Source of the DNA: a virus
Taxonomy: Duplodnaviria > Caudoviricetes
IMG/VR virus record: IMGVR_UViG_3300047378_000870
Span: 1-55,432 of that record
Reading direction: 5' to 3' (one strand)
DNA length: 55,432 nucleotides
Notes under the pieces: model-generated
What the model saw: the letters and a program-made list of their open reading frames with translations, nothing else
Told to the model about the DNA's origin: nothing
Database searches by the model: none
Translations under genes and position numbers: made by a program
Shown here: in pieces, positions 26,333 through 36,277 of the stretch
Numbering within the stretch: position 1 is the stretch's first letter
How the letters are laid out: the number at the start of each line of letters is the position of its first letter

Positions 26333-27789
26333 TGCTTTACGGTGATATGCAATGGTGGATTGGTGTAGTTGAAGATCGTAATGATCCGATGAAACTTGGT
26401 CGTTACAGAGTTCGAATACTGGGATATCACACAGAGGATAAAGCTGTGTTGCCGACAGAAGATTTACCTTGGGCAACTACAATGCAGCCTGTTGGTTCTG
26501 CTGCGATATCTGGTATTGGTAATAATGGAACGGGGCTTGTTCAAGGTTCTTCAGTGGTTGGATTCTTTACAGATTCTGGGACTGAGCAATTACCGATTAT
26601 TATGGGATCTTTGGGGGGAATGGACACATCTAAAGGTAATACTGAAAGAGGTTTTACAGATCCAGATGGTGTTTTCCCTTTGACTGAAGAAGGTGTTGGT
26701 CGTAATGCATTAGATGAATCATCACTCTCTAGATTGGCTCGGGGCGGTGATGACGCTGAGCAACATAAATCTTTGGGATTAAGAAGAAGTAACAGAATCA
26801 CTGGAATACCATTTGCCCAACCAAGTTCGTTTGAGGGTGTATTCGATGGTCTTCCATCTGTCAATAATAAAAGTGAGACTGATGATGGCATTCCACGTTG
26901 GGATGAACCGCATCCACAAGGTGTAGAAAAATCAGTATCAGAGTATCCATATAATAAAGTGCGTGAAACTGAATGTGGTCATATCGAGGAGTTTGATGAT
27001 ACTCCTGGAGCAGAGCGTATGCACACATATCATACTTCAGGCAGTTTCAATGAGATTCACCCAGATGGCAGTCGTGTTCAAAAGATAGTCGGTGATGATT
27101 TTGAACTCGTGTATAAAGATAAAACTCTTTATGTTGACGGTAATTTAAACATCAGCGTAAAAGGTGATGTGAATATGAAAGTCGATGGCAACAAGGTTGA
27201 GGACATCAACGGAGATGTTTACACAACCATTCGTGGCGGTCGATTTACTAAAATCAGTGGCAATGATGTAACAGACATTTTATCTGATCAGAAGTTGACA
27301 GTAGAGGGAAGCAGATACACTCTTATCAATTGTGCTTCAGCTGATCCACAAGTCACCCTGCCAATTATCGGAACTATCGCAGCAGGACAAGACTCTCTCG
27401 TCGTCAAGGGTTCTAGTATCAATCAGATAGCAGGGCGTAAAAATGAACAAATTGGTAACATATACCAAATGTCAGCCATGGCTGGTATAAAATATTTCAG
27501 TAACTTGGGATCTATGGAAGTTATGACTCTTAAAGATATTAATATGGCTACTGGTAGTTCAGGAAATATCAGTTTGTCCACAGGTAATGTGTATATGGGC
27601 GTTACAACTGATATACAATTTGACGCTACAACATTCTTACTAGAAACATCTTCAACTTCTACAATTGATGCTGAAGGTTTGTTGTCATTAGATGGTGCTG
27701 GTGTCGAAATGGATGGTGGTTCGGATGAAATCGATATCACAACATCTGGCACTGTCGATATTAATGGCGGAACGATCTCGCTTAACTAA
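26332..27789 (+). CDS. gp5: Baseplate central spike, no lysozyme domain
   Basis: GVVEDRNDPMKLGRYRVRILG.H, DLPWA, YPYNKV.ETECGH..EFDDTPGAER, C-terminal beta-helix repeats. Confidence 0.9.
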   Translation: MLYGDMQWWIGVVEDRNDPMKLGRYRVRILGYHTEDKAVLPTEDLPWATTMQPVGSAAISGIGNNGTGLVQGSSVVGFFTDSGTEQLPIIMGSLGGMDTSKGNTERGFTDPDGVFPLTEEGVGRNALDESSLSRLARGGDDAEQHKSLGLRRSNRITGIPFAQPSSFEGVFDGLPSVNNKSETDDGIPRWDEPHPQGVEKSVSEYPYNKVRETECGHIEEFDDTPGAERMHTYHTSGSFNEIHPDGSRVQKIVGDDFELVYKDKTLYVDGNLNISVKGDVNMKVDGNKVEDINGDVYTTIRGGRFTKISGNDVTDILSDQKLTVEGSRYTLINCASADPQVTLPIIGTIAAGQDSLVVKGSSINQIAGRKNEQIGNIYQMSAMAGIKYFSNLGSMEVMTLKDINMATGSSGNISLSTGNVYMGVTTDIQFDATTFLLETSSTSTIDAEGLLSLDGAGVEMDGGSDEIDITTSGTVDINGGTISLN

Positions 27790-27800
27790 GAGGATAAGAA

Positions 27801-28418
27801 ATGAGTTGTGGACCAGATTTAAAACAGAAAAAGGCGATTGATGCAATCAACAATGCAGTCGCTATCACTGAACAGGCGATCGCTGCCCTTCCGAAAGGCA
27901 TCGCATCTATTCCTGGATATGCTACACTTCAATTAGCTAATCAGATCAATGAGGACTTAAAAAATCTTAAAGATTTAGTTGATGACCCTTTGGCACTAGC
28001 AGAGGGGCTGATACCATCTCTACCGCAAGAGTTCACACAATACATAGCCCTTGGTAATTCGCTTGCAGGGGATTCTGTAGAGTTTTTATCATTTGTTCAA
28101 GATTTGGAAGATAAGTATAGCGGGTTTGATTATGGTAATCCTGAAGATATCTTAGAGGCTATCAATAGTATTGGTGGTGATATCAATAGATTATGTGAGA
28201 CAGTTCCTAATGTTCAAAAACGTAAAGGTGAATTTATTAAAAAGGGTGCACCGATATCAGGATCTGTCAATCAAATTTCTAATCCTATCACACATCAAAA
28301 ATTCCCATCCATACAACTTGCTAAAGACTATGTCGATGGATTTAATAAGGACGATCAGGAAAATAAAACTGAGGTTGATGCACAAAAAGATGAAACAAAT
28401 AGGTTCATCCTTTCATAG
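27801..28418 (+). CDS. Hypothetical baseplate-region protein
   Basis: SD AAGAGG; MSCG start and LCETVPN motif; between gp5 and gp25. Confidence 0.55.
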   Translation: MSCGPDLKQKKAIDAINNAVAITEQAIAALPKGIASIPGYATLQLANQINEDLKNLKDLVDDPLALAEGLIPSLPQEFTQYIALGNSLAGDSVEFLSFVQDLEDKYSGFDYGNPEDILEAINSIGGDINRLCETVPNVQKRKGEFIKKGAPISGSVNQISNPITHQKFPSIQLAKDYVDGFNKDDQENKTEVDAQKDETNRFILS

Positions 28419-28421
28419 AGG

Positions 28422-28429
28422 TATAAATA
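28422..28429 (+). promoter_or_regulatory. T4 late promoter for gp25
   Basis: TATAAATA 4 nt before the ATG. Confidence 0.7.
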
Positions 28430-28433
28430 TCGT

Positions 28434-28838
28434 ATGAGCACAAAAGAAAAAAGACCAGTAAGAGCTTATCACGACATTGACTTAGCATTCAAGGTCAATC
28501 CAATCACACAAGATATTGGTCGTAAAGTAGATGTTGAATCTGTAAAACAATCTCTTCGCAATTTGTTTATGTATAATAGGGGTGAAAAACCATTCAACCC
28601 AAACTTTGGTGGCGGTGTGAGAGAAATGTTATTTGAACCTATTGATTATGTGACTGCAGGTGCTATAGAAAAAGAAATAGAATTTATGATAAGAAACTAT
28701 GAGCCTCGCGTTGAGTTAGACGCTGTTCAAGTTGAAGCAGATCCAGATAATCATTCGTATCAATTGCGTATTGATTTTCATGTGGTTGCAACACGAGAAC
28801 CTCAAGTTTATACAAGTGTGTTAGAAAGGTTGAGATAA
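28434..28838 (+). CDS. gp25: Baseplate wedge subunit
   Basis: DIDLAF..NP.T.DI, VKQSLRNL, GEKPFNPNFG, NYEPRV. Confidence 0.93.
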   Translation: MSTKEKRPVRAYHDIDLAFKVNPITQDIGRKVDVESVKQSLRNLFMYNRGEKPFNPNFGGGVREMLFEPIDYVTAGAIEKEIEFMIRNYEPRVELDAVQVEADPDNHSYQLRIDFHVVATREPQVYTSVLERLR

Positions 28839-29173
28839 TGCCAGCTGCTGCCCACTTAGGGGATCTTACAACAAACACACACCTTTGTAATCAATCAGTT
28901 GCGATCGATAATTCGACTCATTTAGCACACAACACAAACCTTGCTGGAGGCGTCACTATTCAGGGAATACCTGCTGCAGTTGTTGGTAGTAAACTTGCAG
29001 ACCATACAATTGATTCTGGGGGTAGTTGTATTCCGCACCCAGGACAAACAGTTACTCAAGGAAGTTCAAGTGTTACTGTTAATGGAAAGGCATTGGCATA
29101 TCAAGGCGCAACAGTATCTTGTGCTGGCGGAGAAATAACAGGAGCGGCTGGAACGGTCACTGTTGTAGCGTAA
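28838..29173 (+). CDS. PAAR spike-tip protein (gp5.4-like)
   Basis: MPAAAHLGD, PAAVVG, His/Cys ligands, GSSSVTVNGKALA. Confidence 0.85.
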   Translation: MPAAAHLGDLTTNTHLCNQSVAIDNSTHLAHNTNLAGGVTIQGIPAAVVGSKLADHTIDSGGSCIPHPGQTVTQGSSSVTVNGKALAYQGATVSCAGGEITGAAGTVTVVA

Positions 29174-29198
29174 TAAATAAAAACAAAAAGAGTCAAAA

Positions 29199-31115
29199 AT
29201 GGCACAGAGAAGATTAACTGAATTAGATTTTGATGGGATTAAAAATAATCTCAAGACTTTCTTAGAAGATCAGTCAACATATAGTGATTATGATTTCGAG
29301 GCTTCGGGTCTATCTGTCCTGATTGACCTTCTGGCATACAACACGCAATACAATGCCTTCTTGGCACACATGACTGCTAATGAAGCATTCTTAGATTCTG
29401 CTGTGTCAAGGTCTTCTATCGCCTCAATCGCTAAGACTATGGGTTACACAGCTCGCTCAGCACGTGCATCTAGAGCTACAATTAACCTTAATGTGATTCC
29501 AGCATCATCATACAATTCTGGTTCGTTCACCCTATCAAAAAGAAAAGTCTTTACTACAACTATCGATGGCAAAACATTTAAATTTCAGCCAATCAAAGAT
29601 TACACTGTAAATAAGACGACTGAAAATGGTGTAGATGGATTTTATTTCGATGGTGTTGTGATTGCGGAAGGTTCATTTGTTGATAATTCAGAAATCATTA
29701 GTGCTGGATCTGAGTCTGGACCAGTTATTATGGCTAATCCAGACGTTGATACAACAACAGTTGCAGTAAAGGTTCAGGATAGTATTACTGACACCAATAC
29801 AAACACTTTCATATTCTCTGATAATATTCTTGATGTAACATCAACATCTAGGGTATTCTATATTGAAGAGTCTGTCGGCGGTAACTATGAAATTCGTTTT
29901 GGTGACGGTGTTCTTGGTAAAAAACTGTCTCAAGGTAACATCGTTCGCTTAGAATATCTAGCGTGTCAGGGTGCAGCTGCTAATGGCGCGAAAACTTTCA
30001 CAGCACCTTCAAATCTGACAGGGACAGGTGAGGCTGTAACACTAACTGTGACATCACCTTCTGCTGGTGGCGCGACACAAGAATCAGTCGATAGTATTCG
30101 ATTCAATGCACCTCGATTTAATGCAACAAAAAACCGCGCGATTACAACTAATGACTATCAAGCACTTATCTTATCTGCCAACCCGAATGTTAAATCAGTT
30201 GCTGTTTGGGGTGGTGAAGATAACGACCCACCAATCTATGGAAAGGTTTTCATATCACTACAACCAAAAGATGGTATTATCATTTCTCAAGATGATAAAG
30301 ATAACCTTAATAGAGAGACTATACAACCTCGCCAACCAGTGTCAATTCAAGCAGAGTTTGTTGACCCTGAGTTCACACATTTGGGTTTGGCAGCAACAGT
30401 TTCTTACGACCCTAAGAAAACTACTGCCACTGAAGGAACACTAAAAGGTCTTGTCGATGCAGAGATTGAAAATTACTTAGATACTGAATTGAATGCTCTT
30501 GACAAAAACTTTTATTATTCTATATTAACATCCCGTATTGTAGCATTGTCCAATTCATTCATTGCGGTAAACTTAGAATTAAAATTGACTAAAAGAAAAC
30601 AAATCACTGCTGGAAAATCTCTGAAGTATGAGATGCAATTTAATAATAAGCTGCAACCGAGATCTTTAACAAGTAACTTTTTTACTGTCACGATCAATAA
30701 TGCGGATTACAAAGTTTATATACAAGATATCCCAAATGATGATGTTATTGCGCCAAGTTATAGAGGTAAGGGTAAATTAATCCTTAAAACTGCAGATAAA
30801 AATGTTACTGTTGATGCAAATGCAGGCAGCATCGATTATGATACTGGGTTTGTTGATATTACATTGAATGTCAAATCTATCTCAGGGACAAGTGTGACAG
30901 ATTTGAGAATAACGGCACAACCACATGAGAGCGCAAAGGACATCAAGACTGAAGTTTTGACACGCCAATCAGACCGCCTAAATACAGAGAGCGGTGCTGT
31001 TGTGGCTCTACCTTCTAAAAATATCATCATTATTAAAGACACCACTGCTAATGACATACCAAATAACATAAGAGCTGGTCTCACAGTAAACTTAACAGCT
31101 AAGACATCTGACTAA
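29199..31115 (+). CDS. gp6: Baseplate wedge subunit
   Basis: LDFDGIKNNLK, DYDFEASGLSVLIDLLAYNT, FGDGVLGK, RAIT..DY, WGGEDN.PP.YGKVFIS. Confidence 0.95.
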   Translation: MAQRRLTELDFDGIKNNLKTFLEDQSTYSDYDFEASGLSVLIDLLAYNTQYNAFLAHMTANEAFLDSAVSRSSIASIAKTMGYTARSARASRATINLNVIPASSYNSGSFTLSKRKVFTTTIDGKTFKFQPIKDYTVNKTTENGVDGFYFDGVVIAEGSFVDNSEIISAGSESGPVIMANPDVDTTTVAVKVQDSITDTNTNTFIFSDNILDVTSTSRVFYIEESVGGNYEIRFGDGVLGKKLSQGNIVRLEYLACQGAAANGAKTFTAPSNLTGTGEAVTLTVTSPSAGGATQESVDSIRFNAPRFNATKNRAITTNDYQALILSANPNVKSVAVWGGEDNDPPIYGKVFISLQPKDGIIISQDDKDNLNRETIQPRQPVSIQAEFVDPEFTHLGLAATVSYDPKKTTATEGTLKGLVDAEIENYLDTELNALDKNFYYSILTSRIVALSNSFIAVNLELKLTKRKQITAGKSLKYEMQFNNKLQPRSLTSNFFTVTINNADYKVYIQDIPNDDVIAPSYRGKGKLILKTADKNVTVDANAGSIDYDTGFVDITLNVKSISGTSVTDLRITAQPHESAKDIKTEVLTRQSDRLNTESGAVVALPSKNIIIIKDTTANDIPNNIRAGLTVNLTAKTSD

Positions 31116-34100
31116 TGGCAAGAAGTTTCCCCAATTTTAAAAAGTTTGTTGAATCGATAACCATCGATAATGCAGGTCAGAACTATTCATCTATTCCAGG
31201 GGATACTGCCCTGTTCATTGGTGCACCTACTGGTCAAAGCCAAATACAAGCAGCAGCCACTGTAGAAATTAATGGTGGCCAAGTTGTAAATATTACAATT
31301 ACAGAACCTGGAGATGGTTATACATCAGCACCAGAAGTTTATATTCGCTCGGGTCTATTTGTTGCTACAAACGACGGTCTAACGAATACAACGGTTGCTA
31401 ATACTAATAGAAATGCAGCCACATATACAAATGTTGCATTTAGATCTGCTAAAGTAGGTTCTGGTGCGGTTGGTAATGTAACAATTGATGCAACAGGTCA
31501 AGTTTCATCGTATGAGATCACAACATCTGGCACATTATACATGGAAGGTGAGTCTGTATCGGTTCTTGATACTGATATCGGTGGCGATGGTTCTATTCCA
31601 GATTTGACATTCACAGTTCTAAAACTCAAAGGTGGCGGACAAAATGCTGACTTCACAGCTATAACAAATATTATTGCTGAGACGGTTGGTTATCATCATG
31701 AAGGTATGAATTATATTACAGAGTATCAGATCCCTGACTTTGTGAATGATGAATATCCTAATTTTGCTACATTCATAAAAGATTATTACAAATTTATGGA
31801 TGCTAGTTCAGAGACTTATGAAGACCTTGGTCTGATAGAAGATGCTGATACTTCTGAGAATAATAAGTATAGCCCTAACTATCTACTACAAGAGCTCAAT
31901 GATAAGTTAAACATCGATCACAATGATGATGACCTGCTACAAGCATTTTTAGAATCATACGCTCTAGATTTTCCGAAATTCTCAGAGGTTGACAGTAGAT
32001 TACTTGTAAAAAGAATTAGAGATTTTTTTGAAGCGAAGGGTTCGCGCAAAGGTGTTGAAACATTCTTCCAAATGGTGTATAATGAAGCCGCTGAAGTTGT
32101 TTTACCTTCTGAGTTTGTCCTAATACCTTCGAATAATGTTTGGTCTAAAGAAGTAACAATTAAAGTAAATGCGAATGATGAGATTAGTCCAGCTGGTAAT
32201 CCATTCGATCTTCGAAGTAAAAGGGTTGATATTGCATATTACGAATCAGTAGGTTCGATTACAGTTCGTAAAATATTTAATGTGGGTGTAACTCGTGTAA
32301 AACAGATTGCCTATACTAACCCTTCTTCATTTGAGTTAACAGTTGACTTACCTGTAGATACTAACGTTCCTGGACCAGGAGTTGAGGCTGAAGCTACTGC
32401 TGTTATCGGTGGTAAAATTGCAACAGTTGGAACGATCGGTGCTGCAGATGCATTGAGAGCTTCAGGATCTTATGATATTAACACTGGCTTTACAACAAGT
32501 GGAAACGGAACAGGTGCACAATTTACAGTCGTCGTAAATGGCTCGGGTGCAGCAACAATAACAGTTGATGTAGTGGGTGACAATTACGCGCCAGACGAAA
32601 CAATCACCATTCCAGATTCTCTTTTAGGTGGCGGCGGCGCAGCTGCACTCACATTCAAAGTTGCTACTATTACAGATGGTAAAATTTTCTCAGTAACGAT
32701 TGTTGATGGCGGCGCAGGTTATTCTGCCAACCCTGCTATTATCGTCACACCTGATTCAGCAGATACTATTTCAACAACAGCGGTTTTGACTTCACGGATC
32801 ACTAATAATTCAGTAAGCAATATTTTGTTTGTTAATAATGTTCAGGGAGTTGGTTATAATAATGTCCCAACAATCACATTCAACACTGATTCAGTTAGAT
32901 CTTATGTTGCATTAGAGGGTCTTACAGACTCACTTGCGAACAAAAACTCTTTCCTCGTCCGTGTTCTTAATCAAGTAGCATTTAAAACAAACTCAGGAAC
33001 ATCAGACGGCGGCTTTCGAGTTGGGGAAACATTTAGTGTTTCCGAAACTGGCGATATCTTGGGTGTTTATGCTATCGACTACTTTGGTGAAGATTACACA
33101 ATTACAGGTATCAATAATAATGCGCTGATCAGGATCAAAACATTAGATACAAATAATTATCCAGCAGTAATTGATATCGTTGCTACAGGAACTGGGTTCC
33201 AACGCGAAAACTTTGATTTTATTCTGCGATCCGTAACTGATGAAACTGCTACTCTAACGTTCACAACTGGATTCTCGCACACATATCCAGGATCATTTAA
33301 AGATTCTAGAGGTTTCTTATCTGACGCTAACAAATTACAAGACAATGCTGTCTATCAAAGTTTTTCTTATCAAATTAAAACCTCTCGTCCTAAGACTGAA
33401 TGGGGTGACTTATTAGATAGAATAGCACATCCAGCTGGTATGATTGCATGGACAGATATTCAAATTCATAATACTTTAGATATGGGTGATTCATTCTCTG
33501 CAACACCAGATGCGATTGTTTACCGTTTGTTTGGTGAGATTGAGAATCCTGCTGCCACTGACGCGGCTGTCTTCTTCGTAACAAAAGTTCTTACCGATTC
33601 AGTAGATTGGGCAGATCCGCATTCGCTTCAACCTAATCTGATTAAGACAGAATTATATTCTGCTATAGATGCGGTGAATAAATTTGATGTGACTTTGGCT
33701 AAAACTGAGTCTCCAGATGTCAATGATGCACCATCTCTAACACCACATAAACCAGCTATAACAGACAGTGTTAGTTGGTCTGAAACAGTCGATACTCTGA
33801 AACTCTTTACTCGTGACCCATCTGAATCGGTAGATTGGGCAGAAACTGTTATCCTTGGTCCAAACTTGGGCAAAAATGACAGTATAGATATGAGCGAAAC
33901 AGTTACTAGAGAATCTGAAAATGTTTATACTGATAGTGTAGATTTTGCAGAAGGGGTTGGACCATTCAATGTCGAAACTATTAGAACTGAAGACACAACT
34001 GTCAATGAGAGTGATGTATTGTTGTTCGGTAATACATCAACAGAGACTGCTACTTGGGGTGAATCTGGTCAGATTATCGCTCAAAACTACGCTGGAGATT

Positions 34101-34144
34101 ATTTTGCCGAAGACTATGTCGGTGAGGCAAGAAACATCTCATAA
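31115..34144 (+). CDS. gp7: Baseplate wedge initiator (gp7-like) with extra domains
   Basis: F+KDYYKF, KGSRKG...FF, LQDN..YQ.FSY.IK, HPAG motifs; synteny gp6-gp7-gp8. Confidence 0.7.
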   Translation: MARSFPNFKKFVESITIDNAGQNYSSIPGDTALFIGAPTGQSQIQAAATVEINGGQVVNITITEPGDGYTSAPEVYIRSGLFVATNDGLTNTTVANTNRNAATYTNVAFRSAKVGSGAVGNVTIDATGQVSSYEITTSGTLYMEGESVSVLDTDIGGDGSIPDLTFTVLKLKGGGQNADFTAITNIIAETVGYHHEGMNYITEYQIPDFVNDEYPNFATFIKDYYKFMDASSETYEDLGLIEDADTSENNKYSPNYLLQELNDKLNIDHNDDDLLQAFLESYALDFPKFSEVDSRLLVKRIRDFFEAKGSRKGVETFFQMVYNEAAEVVLPSEFVLIPSNNVWSKEVTIKVNANDEISPAGNPFDLRSKRVDIAYYESVGSITVRKIFNVGVTRVKQIAYTNPSSFELTVDLPVDTNVPGPGVEAEATAVIGGKIATVGTIGAADALRASGSYDINTGFTTSGNGTGAQFTVVVNGSGAATITVDVVGDNYAPDETITIPDSLLGGGGAAALTFKVATITDGKIFSVTIVDGGAGYSANPAIIVTPDSADTISTTAVLTSRITNNSVSNILFVNNVQGVGYNNVPTITFNTDSVRSYVALEGLTDSLANKNSFLVRVLNQVAFKTNSGTSDGGFRVGETFSVSETGDILGVYAIDYFGEDYTITGINNNALIRIKTLDTNNYPAVIDIVATGTGFQRENFDFILRSVTDETATLTFTTGFSHTYPGSFKDSRGFLSDANKLQDNAVYQSFSYQIKTSRPKTEWGDLLDRIAHPAGMIAWTDIQIHNTLDMGDSFSATPDAIVYRLFGEIENPAATDAAVFFVTKVLTDSVDWADPHSLQPNLIKTELYSAIDAVNKFDVTLAKTESPDVNDAPSLTPHKPAITDSVSWSETVDTLKLFTRDPSESVDWAETVILGPNLGKNDSIDMSETVTRESENVYTDSVDFAEGVGPFNVETIRTEDTTVNESDVLLFGNTSTETATWGESGQIIAQNYAGDYFAEDYVGEARNIS

Positions 34145-34146
34145 CT

Positions 34147-34166
34147 TATAAATATGATTATAAATA
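34147..34166 (+). promoter_or_regulatory. Tandem T4 late promoters
   Basis: TATAAATA at 34147-34154 and 34159-34166. Confidence 0.7.
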
Positions 34167-34197
34167 TTATACACATTAGCTACTAGGAGATCAAATA

Positions 34198-34656
34198 ATG
34201 CTTAATGTAGATAAAATGAACGCACTTGGTCGCGTTCACATTCAGGTCTTCGATGCAGATAAGAATCTGATCGAAGAGCAAACAGTGAAGAACTTGGTTG
34301 TGACCACTGGTCTTAACCACATCGCCAATCGCCTCGGCGCATCTTCACCTGCAACTCGTATGTCACACATGGAAGTTGGCACTGGCTCTACTGCTGCAGC
34401 CGCTAATGACACTGCTCTGGGGGCAGCAATCTCTTCTTCCCGTGTTGCGCTGACATCACAAACTGTTTCGACAAATACTGTTGAATATGTAGGTGACTTC
34501 CCAGCTGGCACAGGCACAGGTGCTGTTACTGAAGCTGGCGTATTTAACGCTTCTTCAGGTGGAACGATGCTCTGTCGCACAGTGTTCTCTGTTGTGAACA
34601 AGGCTTCTGCTGACACGCTGAAAATTACTTGGACTTTGACTGTTTCTGATTCCTAA
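34198..34656 (+). CDS. Virion protein resembling a stand-alone tail-fibre attachment domain
   Basis: NLVVTTG, VGTGSTAAAANDTAL, TEAGVFN, VNK...DTLKITW. Confidence 0.55.
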   Translation: MLNVDKMNALGRVHIQVFDADKNLIEEQTVKNLVVTTGLNHIANRLGASSPATRMSHMEVGTGSTAAAANDTALGAAISSSRVALTSQTVSTNTVEYVGDFPAGTGTGAVTEAGVFNASSGGTMLCRTVFSVVNKASADTLKITWTLTVSDS

Positions 34657-34678
34657 TATCTAACTTAGGAGTCGGATA

Positions 34679-36268
34679 ATGTCATTGCTACTTAGACAAG
34701 CTGCAAGGGTAGAAAACTCTCGTTCTTTCTTTCGTGATATTCACAATGAGAACGATTTCTTCTTCATGTTTGCATCGAGAGCGGTTCCATGGACTGATGA
34801 TACAAGTCCTGATTTACCGCGAGATTCACAGTTTTATCAGACGACATATCGTCATGATATGCTTTTCATCAAGCGTATAAACGCATCTGATGCTGTTCAG
34901 CTTTCCAAAAGATACGATTGGGTAACTGGAACTGTGTATGATGAATATGATGATGAATATGCGGATAATCATCCAGCAGCGAGTGGCGCGACTAACCTCG
35001 CCGACTCTAATTTCTATGTAATGACTGACGAGTTCAACGTCTATAAATGCCTTAATAATGGCGGCAATACTAACCCAAGCACCATTAAGCCGACATCAAC
35101 AGGGACTGATACCTTTACTCTGGATGACGGATATACTTGGAAGTTTCTGTTTCAAATAGGCTCGGCTGATAGAACTAAGTTCTTATCAACAGACTTTATA
35201 CCAGTTCGTAAAACTTCTGGTCAAGGTAATCCTGCCTTTGATGTAAATGGAGAGCTTGACAGTGTTACAGTTACTGCTGGTGGTTCTGGTTATACTACAG
35301 CACCAACAGTAGTTATTGAAGGCGATGGCGTAGGTGCTGTTGCCACAGCTACACTTTCAGGAAATGCTGTCCAATCTATTACAATTTCAAACGCAGGTCG
35401 CGGCTACTCATTCGCCTTTGTTAAGTTAACAGGCGGTGGTGGCACAGGCGCGACTGCAACTGCTGAACTCGGCTCTACAGAAACTCCTAGTCTGCAGTCT
35501 GCCGTAGAAGCAGCAGCAATCAGCGGAACACTCGACCGCATTGAAATTACAAATGGTGGCGTTGACTATGTAGAAGGCGATATAACTATACGAATTTCAG
35601 GTGATGGAACTGGAGCTTCTGCCTCTGCTACTGTTAACTCTGCAGGAACGATTACATCTGTAAATGTAACTAATCCAGGATCTGGGTATACTTTTATTGA
35701 ACTCGATATAACTCAAAGTGTGGGTTCAGGATCTGGCGGTGTTCTACGCGCTGTGGTTTCACCATTTTCTGGTCATGGTGGCAATCCACCACGTGAATTA
35801 TTTGCTAAGAATGTTGGTATTACAGTTTCATTTACAAGCGATGATAATGATATTATTACAGGTAATGAATTCCGACAAGTCGGTATAATAAAGAACATTC
35901 ATAACTACGCAGAAACTGCTTCATACACAGCGAATATTGGCACACCTTGTCATGTTGTAACTGCAACTTCATCTAACTTTGATAAGTTTAACTTAGACGA
36001 TGTTGTTACAACTGATGATGATGGTAAATTTACAGTTATCCAAAAACTTGGCACTGACACAATTTATCTTCAAGAAAAATTACCTGGAATCAGTTCAAGT
36101 TCAGTAATAACAAATACAACTACTGGCGATACAGGTATAAATATAACAGCGGTTACAGATCCAGAAATATCAAATCACTCTGGTGAAATTCTTTATATTG
36201 ATAACCGTAGACCTATTACACGTGATGAAAACCAAGTAGAAACCCTCAAAGTGGTTGTAAAATTTTAA
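34679..36268 (+). CDS. gp8: Baseplate wedge subunit
   Basis: W.TGTVYD.Y, FYVMTDEFNVYKCL.N, ST.KPT, DGYTWKFLF, SGEILYIDNR.PITR...Q.E. Confidence 0.85.
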   Translation: MSLLLRQAARVENSRSFFRDIHNENDFFFMFASRAVPWTDDTSPDLPRDSQFYQTTYRHDMLFIKRINASDAVQLSKRYDWVTGTVYDEYDDEYADNHPAASGATNLADSNFYVMTDEFNVYKCLNNGGNTNPSTIKPTSTGTDTFTLDDGYTWKFLFQIGSADRTKFLSTDFIPVRKTSGQGNPAFDVNGELDSVTVTAGGSGYTTAPTVVIEGDGVGAVATATLSGNAVQSITISNAGRGYSFAFVKLTGGGGTGATATAELGSTETPSLQSAVEAAAISGTLDRIEITNGGVDYVEGDITIRISGDGTGASASATVNSAGTITSVNVTNPGSGYTFIELDITQSVGSGSGGVLRAVVSPFSGHGGNPPRELFAKNVGITVSFTSDDNDIITGNEFRQVGIIKNIHNYAETASYTANIGTPCHVVTATSSNFDKFNLDDVVTTDDDGKFTVIQKLGTDTIYLQEKLPGISSSSVITNTTTGDTGINITAVTDPEISNHSGEILYIDNRRPITRDENQVETLKVVVKF

Positions 36269-36277
36269 GGTAAGAAG

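Noticed and set aside
26332-29173. Bacterial T6SS or eCIS locus (VgrG/PAAR/gp25-like genes)
   Set aside because: The genes are embedded among T4 core genes (gp2, gp4, gp32, gp59, gp33) with T4 late promoters, so this is a phage baseplate.
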